Origin: Plasmodiophora brassicae
Lineage: Eukaryota
DNA length: 64,000 nucleotides
Direction of reading: 5' to 3'
Assembly (NCBI GenBank): GCA_036867785.1
Contig: CP145409.1
Span: forward strand, 372,001 to 436,000
Shown: positions 23,941-35,586 of the stretch, one piece after another
Layout of the letters: each line of letters starts with the position of its first letter
Position numbering within the stretch: the stretch's first letter is position 1
Position numbers and translations under genes: made by a program
Notes under the pieces: generated by a model
Seen by the model: the letters and a program-made list of their open reading frames with translations, nothing else
What the model was told of the DNA's origin: nothing
Databases searched by the model: none

Positions 23941-25869
23941 TTACGAAGGCAATGACGATATTCGCTGGAACAAAGGAGAATCGAAAGGAACCTTCCGTCG
24001 TAGGTATTGAAGAAGAGTTTGGTTTCCTTTGGAGAGAATGTCGTAGCGTATCGACCTAATGGGGTTTCCGACCATGCAAAACGCCGTCAACGTTGGGAGA
24101 CCGGCTAGCACAAGAGGTAACCTGCACACAGCAGACGATACGTTTAAAGGAACCAGCACCGCAGGGCACGTTGCAAACCTACTGGCAAAGCTTGTTGTTG
24201 TTCAACGACAGTGATCTCAAGTTAACAAACTGGAGCACACATTCATCCAGAACTTCGATGAAGTTGTTGTTCAGAGACAGTTCAACGATAGATAATGGAA
24301 CGCCTTCAACTTGGGACACCTCTGAACTGAAAGGTCAGTTCCGGCCAAAGAAGGAGCCCAAACCGGCTGTTAACCATTGAAGTCGGCGTGGAGAGCTCGA
24401 AGACTTGTAAGGCCACTCAGCGGCAATAATGATCGCACCCGGTTATGAGAAATGTCAAGAACCACGATGGACGACATTGAACTATCATCGGCGAAGCGGT
24501 CAGCCTACCAGATTGTCCCGAACAGGATACGGTACACGAAATTGCACCTGCTGAAAAGGCTGTCGGGTATAACCTCGAATCCTTGCTTGCTTAGATCAAC
24601 TTGCGATGCTGTTGCGACTACACGTTTGCGATCCTGACACATAATGTCAATAGTGTTCAGAAGACGACAACCTCTTTGTGGAGTACATCTTCGGGCTTGA
24701 AAGCTTCCCGGTGCTCTTCAATCAGTGATGTTGTACCCTCAGGTGCCTCCTCTAAGTCAACATCTGGATTTAGCAACGTATTTTCATGAACGAAGAACGA
24801 ATGACCTTGCGATGAGCGTTTTCGAAGATATTCTTTGAGGGTGTCCGTCCCTTTCGACCAAATAGCCGACCGGATGCGACGAAGAGGGTTCCCACTGACG
24901 AAAATCGAGGACAGAGATGACATCCATCCGAGTTCGTTCGGCAGATCATTCAGGTCGTTGCATTTCAAGTTCAGTACCTATCACAAAGGCAAGTGAGGAT
25001 CTCGATCTCGGTCATGGACTCATGAAACTCCCAACCTTTAGGCAGCCTAACCTTCCGATAGAGCTCGGCACTTCGACGATGGAATTATTACTGACATCAA
25101 GTGACACCAGCTTCGTGGCTATCAGACAGAAGTCCAAATGTTTCAGGTGATTGAACTGCAAATTCAGATCAACAGCGGCTTCTGGAACGGAGACGCTCCC
25201 GTGCAGCATATTGTTTGAGAGAGATATCGAAGACAAGTGGCGAAGCTGTGCAACCTCTTTTGGCAATGATTGCAGTCTGTTTGACGTACAGCGGAATTCG
25301 GTCAAGTCCGTCAGGTATCCGACTGACAGTGGAAGGGCGTCCAAAGAATTATTCGTCAGCCACAACGTTTTCAGCAGTGGACACGACTGTAACGATGATT
25401 CCCCTATTTCAGATAGCGAATTGTGTGTCGCTTTGAGTACCAGCAGTGAGGGCGGCAATACATCAGGTAACTTGGTCAAGCGATTATGTGACACGTCAAG
25501 CAGCTTCAAATTGGCTGGTAGAAATTGAGGCAATGCCTCCAGTCTATTGCAGGAGACGTCAAGTGATTCGAGCGCAGCCAGATCGGAAATCGCCTCCGTC
25601 AGCTGCTCCATCGCATTCCGTGACAAGTTCAATGACCGCAGCGACGCCATCGTCACGCCGCCGAACGAATCCGGCAGTTCCCCAATCTCATTATTGCTAG
25701 CATCCAGAATCTCAAGGTCGTGCCCTTCCCACCAGCGCTCATCGCCGGGCGCCTCCAGTGACCACACCTGGTCTGGCAGGCAGTCCAGGTCGTGACCCGA
25801 CACGTTCAGTTTCCCTGTACGACGCGCCGCCTTGATTGCGGCATCCAACCCATGACTTCTACGTGCCAT
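23941..25869 (-). CDS. LRRC40: Leucine-rich repeat protein, LRRC40-like, multi-exon
   Basis: IKAARRTGKLNVSG...ERWWEGHDL N-terminus, many LxxLxLxxN repeats, and GNPLRRIR...KGT..LKEYLR repeated at the C-terminus. Confidence 0.8.
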
Positions 25870-26130
25870 GATGGCTCTGGCTGCAACCCAGGCACCAGCC
25901 CCGCCGGAATCGCCGAATCGGGGTCGCATTTTGGGGAGCGGTAGCTGCCTTTTCTGGGCAGAATTGCACCTGGCCGGCTGAACAGCTACACGTCCAAAGT
26001 TTAGCGAGCCTCCTGGGGAGCATTTGGCGGATCTCCTCAGGCTCACCTGCCAGTCAATGTTGCCGACTTCGGTCTTCCAGCAGGATTCGCAACGGAGAGC
26101 TTCGCGTCGAACAACACCGTCACGCGGTCT

Positions 26131-26930
26131 GTGCTGATCAACTCCCACAGGCAAGCGGGCCATCACGTTTGCGCAGAGACGATTCGGCATGTTGCGTCCG
26201 GTTGCTGGTGGCTAAGCGAACATGGCCGGTGGACCCACGCCGGGTCAAAGTTACGAACCGAGTTCGACCAGCCAGCTGGTATGAAACACTTACTTGGATA
26301 CCGGGAACCTGAACAGTGCCGCTTCCACTGGAAGCCTTGGTCGGCCATCAGTCAGCAGTTGTCCGTCAGGGACTGGACGTTCTCTGCTCCGCTGGATGAT
26401 CGGCACCAATCAGCTGATCACTATCAACTGTACAAAGGCTTCGACAGTCCAGACCCGTCTATCGGCAAGGCCAAGGTGGGCAACTTCGTTGCTATCGAGG
26501 ATCGATTTGTAGCTCGCGTCGTTGGCCTGGCACATTTCAGTGCACGTCGTGGACGAGCAGAAAGTTTGGGCGTGACGATGTCAGTTGTCGTCCGAAAGTG
26601 CCAGGTTACAGGAGAGCTCTATAATCTGTGCCCCATTTGACGGCGCTCAACACACAACGATGTATTGCCCCGAAATCAATATCCGGAATTCTTAATGTCC
26701 AACATGCTTGCGCGTTGATCGGGTGCGGCACGAGCAAACCTGTCCGTTGCCTGGATCGAACCACGTTCCTCGTTAACGTGCACTGCATCGAGACGCCAAT
26801 GGCTAGAACAATGTTCCCCATGAAGTCGCCGCATGTTGATTTCGATGCTGAATCAGTTCGCGTCTGGGCACTTCACGCCAAGAGAATGGCTCTGGACGAG
26901 GCTACCAGGCAGCGTACGTGGTCGTGATCC
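26131..26930 (+). pseudogene. Degenerate DNA-transposon transposase-like fragment (CACTA/Plavaka-like, tentative)
   Basis: Same reading frame broken by TGA at 26638-26640. APKSISGILNVQHAC resembles the NVQHxC motif of such transposases (recalled, not searched). Confidence 0.3.
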
Positions 26931-27265
26931 ACCAGTCTGAATACAATACTACTGGGGTCTAACCCGTTTTATCCTGAACGACGAACCGGGCATTGAGTCC
27001 CTGTGTTTCGGGTAAATCCGTGTTTCTGGCTGTCTCATCATCAAAGTTATGGCGGCGCTGCCATGGAACCTATAATTCTGCGGCTCCGGGCAAAAACGCG
27101 GCAAACTGCTTTTCAACCGTGGCCGAGAAAACAGCGTTTGATGGTTCAGGTCGTCGACCTCGCGCGGTCGTCATGGTCCCAATTAAGCAGAATTCTACTG
27201 CACACACAGAGCCAGTACGTGCGGAACGGTCTCCCGACCTGTTCATCAAACGTGACACGTGGATT

Positions 27266-28210
27266 AGCCATCTCTGTTTCACCGGGCGGCTCGTTTGGCC
27301 TTGACGGCGGCTTGCGCGGCTTGAAGCGCTACCACGTCCGCCGCCTTGTACATTGGCAGATGTCGAAATTGCTCCGGCACATACTGGCTGAGTGTATGTA
27401 GTGAATCTTGCTTCACCGGGTCGACGACCCGCGGTTGCGTGCGGCAACGGCGCCGCCGGCCGAACGCTGTTCGTCTTAAAGATCTTGACTTTGCGCCATG
27501 GCGTTGTCGCGTCCAGAGTGTACTTAAAGTACAGCTCGCCGGGATGGTACACGCCATCTGTAGTTCCCAGACTAATCCACTGGCATATTCCGAGATATTG
27601 TTGAACTTAACGTCACGCTCTCCAAGAATGGTCCGGCCGACAACCGAATAAATCGACTCGGCAAACGATTTCCAGTCGAGCATGCCGTCGAACGTCGCCG
27701 TGTCGACAACGCCACCGAGCGAGAGCTTGCTCAGCACCGCCGTGATAAAGAGTACGCATATACTGTGCTACGCCACGATGGCGATCTGGCGATGCTCGAC
27801 TGGAAATCGTTTGCCGAGTCGATTTATTCGGTTGTCGGCCGGACCATTCTTGGAGAGCGTGGCGTTAAGTTCAACATCTCGGAATGCCAGTGGATTAGTC
27901 TGGGAACTACAGATGGCGTGTACCATCCCGGCGAGCTGTACTTTAAGTACACTCTGGACGCGGCAACGCCATGGCGCAAAGTCAAGATCTTTAAGACGAA
28001 ACAGCGTTCGGCCGGCGGCGCCGTTGCCGCTCTACACGCAACCGCGGGTCGTCGACTCGGTGAAGCAAGATTCACTACATACACTCAGCCAGTATGTGCC
28101 GGAGCAATTTCGACATCTGCCAATGTACAAGGCGGCGGACGTGGTAGCGCTTCAAGCCGCTCAAGCCGCCGTCAAGGCCAAACGAGCCGCCCGGTCCAAC
28201 AGAGATGGCT
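27266..28210. repeat. Long inverted duplication: arms ~27266-27683 and ~27792-28210, spacer ~108 bp, carrying frameshifted transposase-like fragments
   Basis: Direct reverse-complement match with few substitutions and small indels. The ORF track shows the same peptides on both strands (YHPGELYFKYTLDA.TPWRKVKIFK; KQDSLHTLSQYVPEQFRHLPMY). Confidence 0.95.
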
Positions 28211-28321
28211 TGTCGTCGAGGAGACGAGACTGAGACGGCACTGTGATTTCGGGAGTTGTTCGCCATCAAGGTACCTTGTGTTGATGTCCAGCGCGTCGCC
28301 TCCTTCTAATGTTGCAAACAG

Positions 28322-29010
28322 ATGCCCAGCAAGTGTGACATCATATTGAATTCGCCCGCGCCGCGGACGTTGGTTCGCAAGCGACCGCATGCGTCGACGG
28401 TTGACGCAACAGTCGCTGGGCTGGCCGGGCCATCAACCACGTCTTCCGCTGCTTCGACTGAGGAGGAAGGCGTCCAGGAGCTTTTAGTGAAAGTCCTGCA
28501 GCGACTTGACAATCAAGCCACTGCTCTGCAGCCAATCCAAAACGAGCAAATGAGCCAGCGCCGTCTGGTGACAAGCATGCACAAGACTTACATTGCCAAC
28601 TGGACGGTCCCTAAGGATGTAATATCATCGATTCACCAGCTTGTTGACGACCAGATGATGGATCCACTGCGAGCGAAATACATGATCAATCCGACGCAGT
28701 TGGGGGTGACATTGGCAAGTCGCGGCCAGTGCCAACTCAACAACGAGATCGCATCGACGAAACATATGCTCGATAAGGTTGCTAAGGTGATCGCGGATCT
28801 CCAATGCCATTCGCGACACGAACTTAAGCAGAAGGTCGTCGGGTCTACGAAGAAGAATCATGGCGACTCCGCGACCGCTGCTCCGCAGATCATCCAGGTT
28901 GTCCAACTCCTTGTCGATGGCTTGCCAGAAGCCTGTCCGTTTGTTACGGTGAGCCCGTAACAGGGCAGCGCGTTCAATCTTAGCGTCATTCGCGCTTGGC
29001 GATTCTGGAG
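28322..29010 (+). mobile_element. Possible transposon accessory ORF (hypothetical)
   Basis: 212-aa ORF with low-complexity N-terminus and coiled segment, next to transposase debris. Possible short intron at 28949-28983 giving FVT|RHSRLAIL. Confidence 0.25.
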
Positions 29011-29138
29011 ACGGCGGGAACACATACATACCGAATTCCTTCAGCGGAAGATTGTGAGCGTCGCCATGATTCTCAGGTTTGGCCGTGTATTACGGTACGT
29101 CAGTCCTGCCCACAAACTCGGCTGGAACAACCCGTGGT

Positions 29139-30411
29139 TTATCCAAGACGCCGCCGTTTAGCATGTGATTCATGGAGACCTTCGACAATAGCTTCGATAT
29201 CCTGTTTCGTAACAAGCCGATTCGGATCGTCTTTGGTGAGATCCTTAAGGCCGGCTATGATGTGGCTGGAGAATTGCTTGAACTTCATAAGGCCGTCGAT
29301 GGCAGCATCGCGAGGCATTCGTTCCAGAGCGCGGTCCAGCATGGCGGACGTGTCGAACTCGGAGGACAGCTCTTCCGCTGGCTCCTCGTCCTGGTCCTGT
29401 TCAGCGTCCTCCGATTCCAGCATGAAGTCCAGGAATTCGTTCGACATTTCCTTATGGCACGCCTCGCAACGGCACAGGCGAGAGCGAAACTCCTTCTTAA
29501 GGAATACGCCAGCCGGGTTTGGAACCATTTTATCGCCATCGTCTGCAATTGGGCGAGTACATCCTTCACCAGTGCAGGGTCGGACACCTTGTCCCATCAG
29601 GTACGGCATTAGAAACCGGCAAGCCTGAGCGCAATCCCGACATAGGTACTGGCACTCACCCGCATCCGGAGGCGGCTACAGAGGAGTGTATGAGTATACG
29701 AAAATGGAACCATCTGGACAATAACTAGTACCTGAATGCCCATGCAGGCGACCGTCTCGTGAAACCAGTCCTGACAGCGAACACACTGAACCATGGTATC
29801 TCGAGCCTCATCGTAAGGACGGTTGCAGTGACAGTACTTTCCGTAGAAGTTGTGATTGTACTTGTTTCGAACGAGATCTTCGTCAAGTTTGGCAAGTGGA
29901 CGCAGCGTGCATGTTTCTTGCGGCCTGCCTTGGAATTTCGATGACCCGCAATCACAACGAAAATCACGCTTTTCGAACAGCTCAATAACGTCATGGTCGA
30001 GATGGCTGTTCCATAACCGGTTAATTGTCCAGTTTGGTAGTAGGCATCCCAATGTATCGCTTACCACTGCATAGAGCAGCCGTAACAGAATCCGGCCTGC
30101 AATGGGACGACATCAGTCTCATGAGAACAAGATACGTGAGTGACCGCTAACCTGAACGCGTGATGACTCCGGAAGACATGTCAGGCATGCAAACACGGGC
30201 TGGGAAATGTAGCCCTGATCAAACGTGCACTTGTCGATTAACCCTGGTATGGCGATGATCAGCAGCGCACGTCTGACGGCGATGACGGCAGCCTACCCTT
30301 GGTCAGCTTGGCAATCATCTGTGCCTGCAGCTGATCGTCATGCATCCTGCCCAGAATCTCCGATGTCGTCACCGTCTCCTCGGGCGGCTCCGCAGCAAGC
30401 ACGGCGTCCAT
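29139..30411 (-). CDS. UBR7: E3 ubiquitin ligase UBR7-like (UBR box + PHD), multi-exon
   Basis: CTFDQGYISQPVFACLTC, HDVIELFEKRDFRCDCG, NKYNHNFYGKYCHCNRPY..MVQCVRCQDWFH, FRSRLCRCEAC. Confidence 0.9.
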
Positions 30412-30622
30412 CACGGTCACAACCAATGACGCCAATGATGAGCCATTCGTCAGCTAACAGATCCGCACGCAGTCACTTGACGGAATCGCCGACACGCAAT
30501 CTACGCTGACTTCGCCATCGACACTTCTCTTGGCGATACAAAGCCATCCGTGACAGGTTCAACCTGCATGACGGCCTTAGGCTGCAGTTCTTGCACTCTA
30601 CTAATAGTTCCACGGGAGGTGA

Positions 30623-30881
30623 GTCCAGGCCTCTTCAAAACATTTGTTTTGAAGAGGCCTGGACGGCCAATTGACGAATGAGTGGTAGCGAAACCTTGGG
30701 TGTTGTGCCATACCCATGGGACAACTATGTATGTAGGTAGATGGTTGAAGAACTAGCGGCAATCAGGACACTAAATTTCTTCTGCCATTGTTCTGCCATC
30801 GTGAACGTCCCTTGCTTCAATTGCGGCGCAACCAGGTACGGCACTTAAGGTTTCCAGACCGCTCATTCGTCAATGAGCGGT
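30623..30881. other. Structured intergenic element: perfect 19-bp hairpin, 40-bp long-range stem, terminal 10-bp hairpin (ncRNA or non-autonomous TE)
   Basis: gtccaggcctcttcaaaac-attt-gttttgaagaggcctggac (30623-30664); 30670-30709 pairs with 30835-30874; accgctcatt-cgtc-aatgagcggt (30858-30881). Confidence 0.8.
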
Positions 30882-31230
30882 TCAGGCGTGGGATGAGATC
30901 TCGCAGGAGACGATTACCGGGACATGCCTTAAAGTAGGATTCTAGCCCAATCCTTTGCTGGGTCTGTATTCGGCAAGAGAAGGAGAATAAGAGAGGTCAG
31001 CGGCTGGTCGCGTATTATTGGTGAGGTCTGCAAGCACCGGAACACGAGATCCGTCCTGGTGAAAACGCAAGCAGTCTCCATCATATTGGGCCGGCGTCCA
31101 TGGAATGAACTTCCGTATCCTTTGTGATGCCAGGGATAGGTACATATCTGGTGGCAGAAACGGGTGGCGATGATTCCGCACAGCATGGCGCCCCCAAACC
31201 GTATATCAACTGGAATATTATGCTGTTCAT

Positions 31231-32622
31231 TTAGTCGTAACGAGCACGCTTTGGCGTGCCCATGATTTTGTCGCCGTCATCGCCATCGGAGGATGATGAG
31301 ATGCCATCCAGACAGGCATCGTCGTCAGATTCGTATACCGTTTCGGGCCTGCCAGCGATAACTCTAGCTTGACCGACATCATCGTTGGTTGATGGTTTAC
31401 TGCTGCCGTTGATGGTGAAAGTGAATTCGTCATCTGCTGTCTCAGTTCGCTTTTCGGTCGACGATTTCTGTAGGCAATGACGACGTCAGGCAAGGGCAAC
31501 AGGGAAACCAAGAGCCAGTTACGAACGTCGGCAACCGAAGAATAGTCTGCCGTGTGGCGGTCATCGTAGTCGAGTCGCTCATCTGGAGCAATCGTCGCAA
31601 CAGCGCAATTGAGGAAAATCTTCGAACCGAGTTCGATGTCTACAGACGACATCAGGACAGGGTCACCTTGTCTCGTACAGTACAGGAACAGCTGCTCATT
31701 AACTGCCTACAATCACGTCGTCATTATGAAGTTGGAGCCGTATCAAGGCAGGCAGTCCAACCTCGCAGAACGTTACCATGGAACGGATCTCCTTGATCGG
31801 GAATGTCAGTGATATCGGCCCATCGGGATCATCACCCACGTGGTATCGATCGAAATCGTCGGGTCGTAGTCGGATTGCGGTCTGCAACACTGAAGCGCTG
31901 TTTGAATCGCCGTCAGGTGCCAATGGATCTAGGTACGACTTGATGACGACTTCGTCTTTCGAGAGCAGTAACGTGATGTCCTCGATATTCGCGTGGAAGT
32001 GTCCAAGCACGCGGGATAACACCTTTGGATTGGCCGACAAGTTGTTGAACATCGACAGCCGGTCGCATTGAACGGAATAGACTGAACCGTCCACCTGCAT
32101 AGCAAGTCAGAGAGGCACATGGATGGTCCGTGACAGAGCATGAGCCATCAAACCTCGTCAGCAGCCACTTGAATTCGCTGCCCAACTCCCGTATTAAGCG
32201 TCAACTGTCGTAGACCACATCAGTCGGGTCCAGTCAGTCGAGATGGAACGCACCTCAAAGATCAAGCCGTCTGCGTCGAGCCGCATACGAACCGATTTGC
32301 AATCAACGTGGAAACGTGGACGTAACGACCATAGCAGTGTTTTCATCGACACGCGGCACTGACGGGAGGGATAAGGGCCCTGGTTTGGACGACAGAATAC
32401 CCTGGGCCCCACCTTGACAGAGAATCTTCCAGTACGCTGGAACGAAGCGAAGAACTCGGGCGCGAGTTGCAGTAGAGCGTATGCGCTTTGGGCGTCATTC
32501 AAGGCGCGCCACGTCATGCCCTGAGCCGTCACCTCGATGACGGCCCACGCCCCGGTCCGGCCGATACATTGCAGGGCACGAGAGAAAGCCTGCAGGCTGC
32601 CCTTGTCGATGACGCTGTCCAT
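31231..32622 (-). CDS. RAD9: 9-1-1 checkpoint clamp subunit RAD9, multi-exon
   Basis: MDSVIDKGSLQAFSRALQCIGRTG...WRALNDAQSAYALLQLAPEFF, CRVSMKTLL, LTFPIKEIRSMVTFCE, and an acidic tail ending GTPKRARYD*. Confidence 0.85.
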
Positions 32623-32739
32623 TACGGCACCGCGCACGCGGCGCGACGACAATGGCTCTACCAGTATCTACACGAATGCGCTACGTGCCAAGGGACCGTC
32701 GAACATGTGTTTAGCTGTACTGTATAGTGACGTGAGACT

Positions 32740-34046
32740 TCATGCCTTCACAGGTTCTTCGTCGCGTTGCACGCCGTCCGCTTGAGGTATGCGGAAAGTT
32801 CTCGGGTCGAAGCCGGCGCTCTCGACGAGGGCAATGTCGACCAACAAGGCAAACGCGTTCTCGAGTGGGTTGATGTTGCTGTCAACAATGGACGGCGTTA
32901 TGCCTCCAAATATGACGATCTGGTTGTTGATCAGCGTCGCACTATGTGAAGCGCGTTCTTCAGGCTGAGAGCCAATCTGGGCAACGACGAAGACCACGTT
33001 TCAGACCAGAAGAAAACGGAGAGCGTTCGAGTCGTATACCGTTGAAATCAAGTGCCACTGCAATGTCTCAGTGTCCAAGACGTAAATATCGTTGTAGAAT
33101 CGTGTGCGCCCAGCTGTACCGCCAAAGACGAAGATGAACTTCCCCACAGTCGTGGCAGTATGCCAAGCTCGAGGGGACGGAACTTCGCCTTGCATTGCGA
33201 TTTGACTCCACGTCGACGTCGTCGTATCAAATACATACAAATCGTTCAGGTACTGAGCATGAAGAAATCAGTATTGCCCGCATTGCTGCGAGGTTATCGG
33301 TCGCCAATATGTCCACACCTTTGTCAATCCATAAATGCCACCAAATACGAATATGTAGTTGCCGACTGCACTGGCGCTGTGCCCTCTCCTAGGCAGCGGG
33401 GGCGTCCCAGAGACTTCAGCGCACTGCCATACCCAAGCTAGCAATCGCGTTAAGATACAGAATCACCCAACCGGGAGCGCACAGGGACTGACATGGGTTC
33501 AGGAACCACACATCGTTGAAGAAATCCATCGTGTTCCAGCCGCCAATGACGTACATGTTGTCCCTCACGACGACACAGGCATGATCACGCCTGGCAGGCG
33601 GCAAGACGCGGCCCTTAATCTGCTCGTGGACTAGTTCCATCGCCTTGACGTCATACAGGATGCCAGAGTTGACGTATTCCGTGCCATTCCACCCGCCGAA
33701 TATATAGATATGGTTCGACAGCGCAGCCCTGACAGTATATCGTCATTCCCCGAACAACAGCACGACATAACGCGGCGTACGCTGAGTGGCCGACGCGAGC
33801 CGTTGCACTCCTTTCCGAGGAATCAGTGGGCCCCGTTGGATTCACCGCCGTGCACCGCAGTGTGTCCTTATGGATGTGACAGAAATCATGTCGTTCCACA
33901 CCGCCGCCGTACCCGCCGAACACGACCAGCATGTCACCGACAAGCGTCGCCGAATGCGAACTCCTGGGCACGATCCGGTCGCCCGTGATGTCGAGCTTCT
34001 TCCAGCAGAGCGGCCGCCCGCTGAACAGGCCCGCCTCCAGCGCCAT
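32740..34046 (-). CDS. Kelch-repeat beta-propeller protein (RABEPK/HCF-like), multi-exon
   Basis: Repeated PR.SH.A...L.VFGG motifs (PRSSHSA, ARVGHSA, ARRDHAC, PRAWHTA, ERASHSA). Confidence 0.85.
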
Positions 34047-34301
34047 GTCGCCGCTCGAGTCACGCGGCCACGCCGTCAGGGCCTTCGTCAATTTTTAGCA
34101 CCCGTCGTCGGCGAACCGCCTGCCCGAAACCCCGAATCCGGAACCGAATTAGCACTGTCGTTGCGGGCAACGGCCAACCGGCAGGCCGACACCCCGGCCA
34201 CGTTTTCCGCTGCCAAAATGACATGTCAGCCGCATGCAGCTGCATGACGGTCGCTTCCGGACGTCATTTGCCCAATTCGGGTCGGCATCGTCGGAGTCGG
34301 G

Positions 34302-35462
34302 ATGTCGGCCGCGGACCGTCACGTCGTGATCGTTGGCGGCGGCATCGTCGGGTCGTCGACTGCGTACTTCCTGACGCATTATCCGGGGGACGACGGCGGC
34401 CGTCCCGTGCGCGTGACGGTTGTGGAGGGATGCGCGCCAGCCTGTGGCGCGTCGGGTAAGGCGGGCGGGTTTCTTGCTCGGGACTGGTGCAGTGGGCCGC
34501 TGTCATCGCTGGCGCCTATGTCGTTCGATTTGCATGCAGAGCTGGCATCAAGGTATAATGGCGAAGTGCGCTGGGGGTACCGCCGAGTGGATACGTTTGG
34601 GGTCGACATCACGACTGCATCCAAACCTTCAGGTGCGTCATCTCGGCACTCGCAGCTCCCATGGCTCTCGGGATCTGCCGTCCGTGGTGTGCGGTCACTG
34701 GGCGACAAATCGGGCACAGCCCAATGCCACCCATACCTGCTGACGAAGTTTCTTCTTGACGAGGCGTGCCGATCGGGTGCGGCGGTCCGGGTTGGATCCC
34801 CCGTCATCGGTCTGAGTATGAACGACGACGACGGCACTCGGGTCGTCGCGCTGGGGAACGGGGATCATATCCAGGCGACCGACGTCGTGATCGCCTCGGG
34901 ACCTTGGTCCTTCCAGGCTGAATCGTGGTTGCCTGATGGCGTGTTTCCATCTGGGATGACGAGTCAACGCGCTCATTCGGTTGCCATGAAACCGATCGAA
35001 GCCGTCCCTGAGCAGGTCCTGTTTACGAGTATTCGTGACGGGCGCCGAACGTACGACCCTGAGTTCTACCCAAGACCTGATGGCGACGTCTACGTCTGTG
35101 GGTTTTCAGACGACGCGGACTTGCCCCATGATCCTGCGCATGTGGAACCCGATCTTGCAAAGTGTGACGATCTGGTACGTCTGGCAAGAGCCGTGTCCCC
35201 CGTTCTGCATGACGTCGACGCTCGCATTCGGCAAGCGTGCTATCTTCCACTGTCGCCTGATGGCTGGCCGATTATCGGGCGCATTGCCGACGGTGTCTAC
35301 GTAGCGACCGGGCATTCGTGCTGGGGCATTTTGAATGGACCTGGCACAGGCCTGGTTATGGCTGAGATCATCCTGGAAGGACGGGCCAGAAGCGCAGACG
35401 TCAGAGGACTCGACCCCAACAGGTTCCACAAAGCTAAGAAGCGTCGATCCCAATCAAAATAG
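34302..35462 (+). CDS. FAD-dependent oxidoreductase, DAO family (TDA3-like)
   Basis: VVIVGGGIVGSSTAY, GASGKAGGFLA..W, QACYLP..DG.PIIG and ATGHSCWGILNGPGTG; intronless, 386 aa. Confidence 0.9.
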   Translation: MSAADRHVVIVGGGIVGSSTAYFLTHYPGDDGGRPVRVTVVEGCAPACGASGKAGGFLARDWCSGPLSSLAPMSFDLHAELASRYNGEVRWGYRRVDTFGVDITTASKPSGASSRHSQLPWLSGSAVRGVRSLGDKSGTAQCHPYLLTKFLLDEACRSGAAVRVGSPVIGLSMNDDDGTRVVALGNGDHIQATDVVIASGPWSFQAESWLPDGVFPSGMTSQRAHSVAMKPIEAVPEQVLFTSIRDGRRTYDPEFYPRPDGDVYVCGFSDDADLPHDPAHVEPDLAKCDDLVRLARAVSPVLHDVDARIRQACYLPLSPDGWPIIGRIADGVYVATGHSCWGILNGPGTGLVMAEIILEGRARSADVRGLDPNRFHKAKKRRSQSK

Positions 35463-35586
35463 ATCGTGCATTCGGTTCTTGTTTCAGGATACCCTCCATC
35501 CGCTATGGGCCACGTCCGTTAGGACGAGCCTGTCGTACGGTCGGTGCCCGTATTAAAGTATGCCCATGTAGGTAGGTGGGCAGTCC

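Noticed and set aside
28880-29029. Minus-strand peptide ERAALLRAHRNKRTGFWQAIDKELDNL, suggesting an internal inversion
   Set aside because: The plus strand reads through plausibly in the same interval; likely an antisense coincidence.
30929-31186. Short ORFs downstream of RAD9
   Set aside because: No motif or splice support; may be UTR or TE debris.
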